Positions 49,125 to 56,579 of a stretch of 64,000 nucleotides of DNA are shown here, piece after piece (the stretch's first letter is position 1; each line of letters opens with the position of its first letter). The position numbers and the translations under genes were made by a program. The notes below the pieces were generated by a model. That model saw nothing but the letters and a program-made list of their open reading frames with translations, did not search any database and was not told where the DNA came from. The stretch is from a virus (taxonomy: Duplodnaviria > Caudoviricetes): positions 1-64,000 of the IMG/VR virus record IMGVR_UViG_3300021399_000134; one strand, given 5' to 3'.

Positions 49125-49994
49125 TTACTCTGTCATATCATCTGTAACATCTATACCTAAAGCACACCAACCTTCCATTAAACTGCCTGTTGCATTACGT
49201 ACAGTTTGTGTTTCAGGATATGGTAAGATAAAATAATATTTATTATCAATATGTAGTGTTTCAAAAGTTGAACCTGCTGGAAAACTTGTAAAGAAATACA
49301 TACGACTTGTTTCTGTTCCATCTGTAAAAAGTTGTTTATAGAATACTGCATTTTCTGAATCAACAGTTCTCTTTGAAGTCATACTCCAACTTTGATGATA
49401 ATAATCGGCATCACCATCCATCAATACAGTATTAGTATAAATAGGTTCAGCACCACCAAATTTTATTGCTGGTAATCCACCGATGAATGTAGATGGATAA
49501 TCAAAATTATAATAATAACCTAAGCCATCGCTCTTATAGTATGTATTCGAATTGGTAACAAATAATTCTGAATTTGTTTTATCAATCAAAACAATAGATG
49601 AACATGGAGTAACTCCTTTAAAATTAGCATTTTTATAATTAATAAAATCATTTCCAAAACAAATAACTATAAAAGAACTAAAATTATAAATATAAACATA
49701 TGCATCCGCAATACTTGTACCAGTTGCTTTTGCTGCTTTATCTCCGCCTAGTTTTACCATCATAGAGTCGTTCTTGCCTAATAAATTTATATCATTGTGT
49801 GACGCACCAGAACTAGTGACTTTAGTTCCGCTAAACACAGGTAAAGTTTTATAGTAAGCAATGTTTTCTATTATTGACCAATCTGAATCACCAAAAATAT
49901 TTACAAAACTTGTTGTATCATTATTTTGTAAATAAGTATATATATTTGCTACTGTACCACTTGATACAGCTGGAATTGAAAGTCTTGAACTCAT
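49125..49994 (-). CDS. hypothetical (adhesin-like) protein
   Basis: ORF track; SD GAGGAGG. Confidence 0.6.
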   Translation of the reverse strand: MSSRLSIPAVSSGTVANIYTYLQNNDTTSFVNIFGDSDWSIIENIAYYKTLPVFSGTKVTSSGASHNDINLLGKNDSMMVKLGGDKAAKATGTSIADAYVYIYNFSSFIVICFGNDFINYKNANFKGVTPCSSIVLIDKTNSELFVTNSNTYYKSDGLGYYYNFDYPSTFIGGLPAIKFGGAEPIYTNTVLMDGDADYYHQSWSMTSKRTVDSENAVFYKQLFTDGTETSRMYFFTSFPAGSTFETLHIDNKYYFILPYPETQTVRNATGSLMEGWCALGIDVTDDMTE

Positions 49995-49998
49995 TTTA

Positions 49999-50223
49999 TC
50001 ATTCCTCCTCTGTTATTATGCCTGTTAAAACTGGTATATTATATAAAGTATTTGTGCCATCAAAGAAATGTCTTATTCCCGATTTAGCCCCTCCAGTATT
50101 TATCTCAATATCATCTATTGCGTCATCCATATCTTCAACCTTAATTAAACCAGTAGTTCCTGCTTTATTTCTTATAGAATTTGCAATATCAGTAAGGGTA
50201 TCTCCAACTACGTACCATATCAT
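49999..50223 (-). CDS. short fibre-anchor-module protein (TLTDIANSIRNKAGTT)
   Basis: Motif typical of phage fibre N-termini; TAATG coupling. Confidence 0.6.
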   Translation of the reverse strand: MIWYVVGDTLTDIANSIRNKAGTTGLIKVEDMDDAIDDIEINTGGAKSGIRHFFDGTNTLYNIPVLTGIITEEE

Positions 50224-50675
50224 TAGAATCCCTCCTCATTCGCACCATCAAGAGGTGGCGTATTGTTAAAAATATCAACATATTCTTGCTCAGTAATGTC
50301 ATCTGCGGCGGATGCTAAAATTTTGTTATCAACTTCAGTTTTTGTGTAATAATCATCAAGGCTAAATGATTGAGTACCTAATAATTCCCATTTATTATTA
50401 TAGTAAATATATTCACTGTATAAATTACCTTCTTCTGAATCTTCTGCCAATACCAAATAAATAGTAGTGGAAGATATGTCCGTTGTCGGTAATTCGTCTA
50501 CAAGTTCAATGTCAAATTTTGGAAGTACATCTACTAAATCTTTTAAAGCAACAACAGCACCTGTAAGAGTACCATCTCCAATCTCTGATATATCGGTTGT
50601 GCCTATCTTATTAATAACATCATCAATTGCAGTTGACGCTTTGATTATCTTTGCTAATAAAAATTTAATATTCAT
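50223..50675 (-). CDS. fibre-like protein (VDELP..TIYLV..YSEYIY..KWELLG module)
   Basis: ATG at 50675 overlaps the upstream TAA; module recalled from phage head/tail fibre proteins. Confidence 0.55.
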   Translation of the reverse strand: MNIKFLLAKIIKASTAIDDVINKIGTTDISEIGDGTLTGAVVALKDLVDVLPKFDIELVDELPTTDISSTTIYLVLAEDSEEGNLYSEYIYYNNKWELLGTQSFSLDDYYTKTEVDNKILASAADDITEQEYVDIFNNTPPLDGANEEGF

Positions 50676-50923
50676 TACGCACCTCCTACTAATACCCATT
50701 CATCATTAGAATTCAGTACATAATAATTGGCACTTTTAATAGCCAAGCAATCTGACCCTTTAGCACATTTCTTACAAGAGGTTTCGTCATTCCCTTGTTT
50801 CGCACCCTCAGAAGAGGATGTTGGAAGATTTGCAACATCTTCATCTGTATCGCATAAAAATGGAATTACTCTACTTCCACCTGCACTTATTGATAAAGCA
50901 CTCTGATCAATCCAATATGCCAT
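50675..50923 (-). CDS. small hypothetical virion-region protein
   Basis: ORF track; SD GAAGGGG. Confidence 0.65.
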   Translation of the reverse strand: MAYWIDQSALSISAGGSRVIPFLCDTDEDVANLPTSSSEGAKQGNDETSCKKCAKGSDCLAIKSANYYVLNSNDEWVLVGGA

Positions 50924-50927
50924 TTTC

Positions 50928-51164
50928 TCAACCCCCTTCTTCTAAGTCTGTATCAATTTCATAATCTACAGGCATTATGCATATGAAATCCGACTTTGCG
51001 TAGTCGCCATCATTCAACATACTTTCAACCTGTGTTTTTAATTCGGCTATTGTTTCTGCTTCAAAAATATTTATATTACCCTCTGCATCGGTAATCTTTA
51101 AATATTTATATGTAGAATTGTTGTCTGCTTTCGATTCTACCTTAGTCATGATTTTATATGACAT
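50928..51164 (-). CDS. small hypothetical protein
   Basis: ORF track. Confidence 0.65.
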   Translation of the reverse strand: MSYKIMTKVESKADNNSTYKYLKITDAEGNINIFEAETIAELKTQVESMLNDGDYAKSDFICIMPVDYEIDTDLEEGG

Positions 51165-51182
51165 TTCAACACCTGCTTTCTT

Positions 51183-51347
51183 TTAAAGGAATAATGAATT
51201 CGTTTCCATTACCCCTTCTAATTCGTATTTTAAGTCTGATGAATTAATGAAAACTATTATGCCAGCATTTTCCGTTAGGAATTGATAGCCTAGTTTCTTT
51301 AATTCCTCAGCTATATCTTTTCGTTTCGTTATTAAAAATTTCTTCAT
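51183..51347 (-). CDS. small protein after the portal, 54 aa (MKKFLITKRKDIAEELKKLGYQFL...)
   Basis: Translated manually; fills the gap. Not in the ORF track. Confidence 0.65.
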   Translation of the reverse strand: MKKFLITKRKDIAEELKKLGYQFLTENAGIIVFINSSDLKYELEGVMETNSLFL

Positions 51348-51360
51348 ATAAATACCTAAT

Positions 51361-51753
51361 GGCGGAAACCCACTTGCTTTAGCGGGTGGGAGAAGCCACT
51401 TCTCCTTTCCAAAAGTAAGATTTTGTGTTATAATATTACCATAGAGAAAACCGTTGGGTAACCATTGTTACTGAAGGCACTCTTTGAACATTGACAAGTT
51501 AAGATATGAGGTTTTTCCAACTAATCACTTGGAATGTAAAATCTTAAGTGTTGAAATAACCATCTTAGCTGCAAGCATGGGAATTAAGTACCGTTGCAGT
51601 TGCATCGGAGCACATCTCCTTTGCAAGGGGCGTTGTCAACCGTCCCGTGATGTAACATCAGCAAGCTCGCTTGTAACAAAAGTAGGAGACCGCAGGTCGT
51701 TCAGACTACTGGATAGTTACAAGCCCACTCACTTTAGTGGGTGGGTAGTTGAC
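51361..51753 (+). mobile_element. non-autonomous miniature IS200/IS605-family element (both end hairpins, tnpB 3' remnant and reRNA scaffold)
   Basis: Left hairpin GGCGGAAACCCACTTGCTTTAGCGGGTGGGAG; right end TACAAGCCCACTCACTTTAGTGGGTGGGTAGTTGAC; TGnTATAAT at 51426-51434; ARGVVNRPVM* remnant at 51623-51655; internal stems GCTTGTAAC/GTTACAAGC and GTCAAC/GTTGAC. Confidence 0.8.
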
Positions 51754-53273
51754 TCTGAAATACCGTTCTTTTCTTTATCTCTTTGTTCAACGCCTTCTTC
51801 ACTTAAATCGCTTTCATCTTTTTCAGGAGCACCACCTTTTTGTACCCCCATCTGATAACTTGATTGCAAAGGTATCATTATATCTTTAATGCCTATAGCA
51901 TTCTCAAAGAGTATCTTTTGGTATGCTAAATATGGTGTATCGCCAGTTGATGTTAAATAGTCTAACGCTGAGCCACCTAATGTAGCAGCATCCTTTTTCT
52001 CGTTTATATACTCTGTTCTGTTATACCATGTAATCTTATGGATAACTAATTCAACATCAGGGGATATATTTTCGTGTATAAAGAAATTTAGCCATGATTG
52101 TATTCTCTCTACCCATATCCAACAAGTAGATTCATCATTCTGTATGGCATATTTTAAGCCAGCACTAGAAGTATTACTTCCACCTGCTACAACTAACTGA
52201 GCCGCACCTGCATTATCAAATAAATTTGACATCGACTTTGCTAGTGCGTCTGTATCTTTTGAAGAATTAGAGTTTTCAAAATTAACAACTTCAACTTCCA
52301 TTGGCGACCTAGTTACACCAATTAAGTCAGGTACAACTGCCTCCATATAGGATGTATATAATGCCGCTAATTCCTCAGATATACCAAAATCATCTACATT
52401 ATCCCCACCTAATAATGGAATTTTATTGACAATCAACTTGTAATTCTCTAACTCTGTCTTTGATAAAATTATTTGCTCTAAATCTAACAAGTCAAGTAAT
52501 GAAATAAAAAGTGGCAAAAAATAAGGCAGAGGACAATCATACTCATCCTCTGCACAAGTTAGTAGCGTAAAGGTTTTTTCTGGTGGCAATTTAAACCATC
52601 TGTATTCCAAACCACCATCTTCTTCAAATTCTTCTAACGCTTTATATTTTTTATAGCCATCTATAAATACTTTATCCCATGCTCCATGTCCTTTGCCATC
52701 ACTACCATAAATATAATTAGTGTTATCGCCTTTATCAAAAAAGGTTGCATCAAAATATACAATCCATTCGCCTGCGGCATTCTTTCCATATATTCTGCAA
52801 TACTGACAATCAAGGGGCATACAAAAGATTCCATCTTCCTCTGAATCATATGTATAACCTACATACATTCCATCTCTAATTGCCAAGTATAATGCATTAT
52901 AGCCTTCCTTTTTTAATTTAAACTTTTCAAAGCGTTTCAAGATAGCAAAGTAATTATTTAGCATAACATCTTTTGCACCTTCAACTTTACTCGTCTGTGT
53001 AATATTATAATAGAAGAGTGGCATGGCTGCATAATAAGATATTAATTTCTGATATACCATTGAATTTCTACATATAAATCTTGATACATCTCGTAATCTA
53101 TTCTGATTAGCAAAAGGAGAACGCACATACAATTTAATCAAATCCTTAGTGTACTGCATATACTGCCTTCTACTTGAATTTGATTCAATTTTTCTTTCAA
53201 GTAATTCTCTGATTTCTCGTGCAAAATTAATCATTTCTTCACGAGTCATATATTTTTTTCTCTTTTCTTCCAA
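51729..53273 (-). CDS. portal protein (last codons supplied by the inserted element)
   Basis: 514 aa, directly after the terminase; SPbeta-like order. Confidence 0.8.
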   Translation of the reverse strand: MEEKRKKYMTREEMINFAREIRELLERKIESNSSRRQYMQYTKDLIKLYVRSPFANQNRLRDVSRFICRNSMVYQKLISYYAAMPLFYYNITQTSKVEGAKDVMLNNYFAILKRFEKFKLKKEGYNALYLAIRDGMYVGYTYDSEEDGIFCMPLDCQYCRIYGKNAAGEWIVYFDATFFDKGDNTNYIYGSDGKGHGAWDKVFIDGYKKYKALEEFEEDGGLEYRWFKLPPEKTFTLLTCAEDEYDCPLPYFLPLFISLLDLLDLEQIILSKTELENYKLIVNKIPLLGGDNVDDFGISEELAALYTSYMEAVVPDLIGVTRSPMEVEVVNFENSNSSKDTDALAKSMSNLFDNAGAAQLVVAGGSNTSSAGLKYAIQNDESTCWIWVERIQSWLNFFIHENISPDVELVIHKITWYNRTEYINEKKDAATLGGSALDYLTSTGDTPYLAYQKILFENAIGIKDIMIPLQSSYQMGVQKGGAPEKDESDLSEEGVEQRDKEKNGISESTTHPLK

Positions 53274-53291
53274 GTTTGCTTCTCCTTTCCT

Positions 53292-55031
53292 TTAAAATCT
53301 TTTTACACTTCTAGGTGCTCTGAAAGAAAATAATTTCTTTTTATCTTTATTTTTTTCTTTTTGTGGTTTTAGTTGTGTTTCTAATTGGTCAACTACCCAG
53401 TTATTATAAGCAAGAGAAGAGTATCTATCTTTTCGCATTCCATCTACTTGCTTTACTTTAATGTAATTATTTTTATATTCATGATCTAACTTTGCTAATT
53501 CGTATACACCAAAAGTAGTGTTTAAGTATGGTTTCTTCACTAAGGCTTGTTTCATTGGTTCTAGTTTGCTATAATTCTTTACCATTTCCTCAATGTATGT
53601 TTCAGATTTTAATAAACTAATTCGCTTGTTTTGTAATGCATTCCTTAACATAACACATATTCTATTATTGAATGCCTCACTCGCCTTTACTGACCATACT
53701 ACTTTATTAGCATCAGGTACTTTACATCTACATGCCATATCATCACTATTAATGAAGGTTAAGGCTTTATATGTTTTACCAGTTACTTTATCATATTGGT
53801 CTTTAACGATAAAGTCAGCAACACCAATTCCTAAACCTTGTGTATCTAATACAAAGTCTGTACAACCATATTCATAAAAATATCTCATGGCTATTATGCC
53901 TAATTCATCTGTAGTTAGTCCTTCAAAACTTTCACAATATCTATAATTACTGTGGTAACTTGTGTTATCTACTCGCTCTAAATCATTTATCCAAAAGGCT
54001 GATGCGTCATTCTTTCTTCTAGATGTGCTTCTCATTAACGCTACATCGAGTGATAATATTCGCTTGTTACCTAACTTAACAGGTGGTATCTTGCCCTCAC
54101 CTAATGTTGGAAAAGCAGAGGATAGAACTCTACATGAATCAACAATATCAAATTTAAATAGGCTATCTCCCGATTCGCCTATCCACATACAACCCATTTC
54201 CATTTCAAAGGCTATTTCATTAAAGTCCATATCAGACATTTCATCTTCAACTTGCTCTCGCATTAATAAACCTTCTTTAATACTTAATTGATATGGTAAA
54301 CCACATACAAAGTATTTTTTCTTGTCATTAAAGAAATTAACGACATACGCCTTTAATTTATCCCATGCCCATGATGATTTAAAATAGGCTGATGTTAAAT
54401 ATATTTCTTTGTTTCTTTCCAATAAATGAGCGTATTTTGGATTATCTAAATATTTTGGTTGTCTTGGATTTGATAAAAATTTTCTGAATATTAAATCTAC
54501 CATTGGTTTAGGTATTAATCTAAACTCGTCTAGTATCAATATATTCGCTCTTTTACCTCTAGCTGTCTCGGTGGCTGTGACCGCTTGTATCCATGAACCA
54601 CCTTTTGAACCACCTTTAAATGTTATAATATTTTCATTTAATGTGATTTTTACATCTTCAATTTCATTTCGTAGCATAGGACTCATGGGCATTAATTCTT
54701 CTCGTATTTTTAATAATACTTCTTTCGCTTGCTTTAATGTTCCTGAACATACTACGATTTTCGTGCCAGGGAAAAGTATACATCTTACACAACAAAATAA
54801 TGCAGTTAAAAATGTTTTACCCATTCCTCTTGCTGCTATCATCATAAAATAATGATTATGCATCATGGCATATATTAATATTGATTGGAATGTTCGTAAT
54901 TTAATTTGTAAAAAATCAGCAACAAATCTTTGTGGATTACATCTATAAAAACCAGCTCTCCATGCAACTGTTTCTTTTATTTTCTTTTCTTTAGCAGCCT
55001 CTAATTCTACAACACTTTTTTTATCAGACAT
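53292..55031 (-). CDS. terL: terminase large subunit
   Basis: Walker A AARGMGKT, Walker B ILILDE, nuclease LSLDVA; start MSDKK at 55031. Confidence 0.9.
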   Translation of the reverse strand: MSDKKSVVELEAAKEKKIKETVAWRAGFYRCNPQRFVADFLQIKLRTFQSILIYAMMHNHYFMMIAARGMGKTFLTALFCCVRCILFPGTKIVVCSGTLKQAKEVLLKIREELMPMSPMLRNEIEDVKITLNENIITFKGGSKGGSWIQAVTATETARGKRANILILDEFRLIPKPMVDLIFRKFLSNPRQPKYLDNPKYAHLLERNKEIYLTSAYFKSSWAWDKLKAYVVNFFNDKKKYFVCGLPYQLSIKEGLLMREQVEDEMSDMDFNEIAFEMEMGCMWIGESGDSLFKFDIVDSCRVLSSAFPTLGEGKIPPVKLGNKRILSLDVALMRSTSRRKNDASAFWINDLERVDNTSYHSNYRYCESFEGLTTDELGIIAMRYFYEYGCTDFVLDTQGLGIGVADFIVKDQYDKVTGKTYKALTFINSDDMACRCKVPDANKVVWSVKASEAFNNRICVMLRNALQNKRISLLKSETYIEEMVKNYSKLEPMKQALVKKPYLNTTFGVYELAKLDHEYKNNYIKVKQVDGMRKDRYSSLAYNNWVVDQLETQLKPQKEKNKDKKKLFSFRAPRSVKRF

Positions 55032-56076
55032 CTGTTTGATCTCCAAATAATTTATCAAAGATTTCTTCTGAATCAGAATCTTCTGTATATTCTGGTTTAT
55101 TAACCGTTAATTTCTTCATAAATGTGTCATATAATCTGCTAAAGCCATTTTTGAAATTCATCATCTTTGATAAGTGACCTTTAAAGAATACATCTATATA
55201 TAAACCTATTTTATCAACATCTTTAAATTCTTCTGATGGTTCAGGAATAGGTTGAGTTGATTCCCAGTCATCTATCATTTCGCCAAATGATTTCGCGTCT
55301 GTTAATGAATTACTGTTATTTTGAGATGGTTTTATTTGTAAGGATGCCATTAAGTCTTGTAAAGTTTTTAATAATTCCTTAGTATCTTTTCCTGTTCGCT
55401 GACTTTTATTTATATTTAATTGTGTAAAGCATATACTTTCAAATAGTATTTCTTGTGATTTATTTTCACATGGATACCTGCTTATCCAATCTTCATATTC
55501 TTTTTCTAAAAATATTAAGTCGTTAACGGGATAATCTATTCCAAAATGTTCCCTTGCTTTATTTAATAATTCATTTTCATTTTCAAATTGCTCGTCTATG
55601 TGAGATGTGTCTTGCTCTATAATACTGTCTTTGAAGGTCATGCCCCTATAATATGGCATGGCTTGTATAGTTGTTATTGCTTGTTGATAAGCTGTACTTC
55701 TATTTTTTTCGCCTGAGGCTTCAGTAACAATTTTAACAGAGTTTTGGTATACACTCTCTAAAAATGGTTTATCAAGCATACGAAAAACGTTTATTGTTTT
55801 CTCTTTGTTATCTATATACTTTTTGTTTTTTTCGTCATAGTCACACGCCATGTTTAATAGACATTCTTTGCAAATGGGATATAAACCACTTACGCACCAT
55901 CTACAGTTATAAAAATGTATCTTATTTTTCCATGTTCCACAAGTATGACAAAAAACTAATTCATTATCTAGTATCTTATTATACGTTGGTGCAAATTCCT
56001 TAAATCGTGCTTTAACACCAGCGGCACTCATTCTACCAATAGAATTGTTTTCTGGTGCTCTTTCTAATTTACCCAT
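55024..56076 (-). CDS. terminase small subunit-like protein with Zn-finger N-terminus
   Basis: CHTC, CRWC..CKEC; directly upstream of terL; start MGKLE at 56076 with SD GAAAGGA. Confidence 0.55.
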   Translation of the reverse strand: MGKLERAPENNSIGRMSAAGVKARFKEFAPTYNKILDNELVFCHTCGTWKNKIHFYNCRWCVSGLYPICKECLLNMACDYDEKNKKYIDNKEKTINVFRMLDKPFLESVYQNSVKIVTEASGEKNRSTAYQQAITTIQAMPYYRGMTFKDSIIEQDTSHIDEQFENENELLNKAREHFGIDYPVNDLIFLEKEYEDWISRYPCENKSQEILFESICFTQLNINKSQRTGKDTKELLKTLQDLMASLQIKPSQNNSNSLTDAKSFGEMIDDWESTQPIPEPSEEFKDVDKIGLYIDVFFKGHLSKMMNFKNGFSRLYDTFMKKLTVNKPEYTEDSDSEEIFDKLFGDQTDV

Positions 56077-56109
56077 TATCCTATCAATCCTTTCAATTTC
56101 CAAAATGTT

Positions 56110-56142
56110 AAAAAAGGGATTACCAAAACTGGTAATCCCTTT
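56110..56142 (-). terminator. terminator between the HU gene and the packaging genes
   Basis: AAAGGGATTACC / GGTAATCCCTTT stem plus T6. Confidence 0.75.
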
Positions 56143-56171
56143 GCATTATAGGAGGTACATGAAAAAAGTCT

Positions 56172-56465
56172 TTAATCTTTTTTCGCTTTTAGTTGTTTAT
56201 CGAATGTTGGAAGTGGTTTAATTTTTAATATGTATGTCGGTCCTGCGTCATATCGTTCGCCATTATAAGGGTTGTACCTTGTTCTAGGCTCTACTTTCTG
56301 TAAATAAATATAGAAATCTTCGAATCTAACTTTATGACCTTCTAACAATAAATCATGTATACTGCTATTAATACACTTTAAATATTTAGCAGTTTCTTTG
56401 ATTGTTAAACCATGTTTATTTGCTGTTAACTTAGCAAGTTTCTTTTGTGTTACTCCATAATCCAT
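56172..56465 (-). CDS. HU/IHF-like DNA-binding protein
   Basis: GHKVRFEDF..EPRTRYNPYNGE..KIKP HU arm motif. Confidence 0.8.
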   Translation of the reverse strand: MDYGVTQKKLAKLTANKHGLTIKETAKYLKCINSSIHDLLLEGHKVRFEDFYIYLQKVEPRTRYNPYNGERYDAGPTYILKIKPLPTFDKQLKAKKD

Positions 56466-56524
56466 ATAATCCTTTTATCCTTTCTGAATAGTATCTACTA
56501 TATTTCTCCTCATGTACTTGTGTA

Positions 56525-56579
56525 ATAAACTATATCTATAGTTTATTAGAATTTTCTATAAACTACATTTATAGTTTAT
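56525..56579. promoter_or_regulatory. two tandem ATAAACTA-N6-TAGTTTAT palindromes (operator-like)
   Basis: Perfect copies at 56525-56546 and 56558-56579, 33 bp apart. Confidence 0.65.

Noticed and set aside
51361-51753. Element as an omegaRNA for the phage IscB, or as a group I intron (IStron)
   Set aside because: Its - strand begins with the shared GTCAACTACCC hairpin but lacks the scaffold motifs seen at 1-139. GACTA and TAGTT are only 5 nt apart, so a P7/P3/P8 intron core cannot form.
51484-51855. 123-aa + strand ORF as a real gene
   Set aside because: It runs across the IS remnant and antisense into the portal. Only a short ECK stretch hints at decayed tnpA.
56159-56221. 20-aa hydrophobic + strand peptide (MKKVFNLFSLLVVYRMLEVV) as a type I toxin or arbitrium-like signal
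   Set aside because: SD spacing is only ~3 nt, it is antisense to HU, no promoter was found and it has no AimP-like length or receptor gene.
56523-56548. dif/Xer recombination site
   Set aside because: It has a 6-bp spacer but symmetric arms that do not match the XerC/XerD arm consensus.
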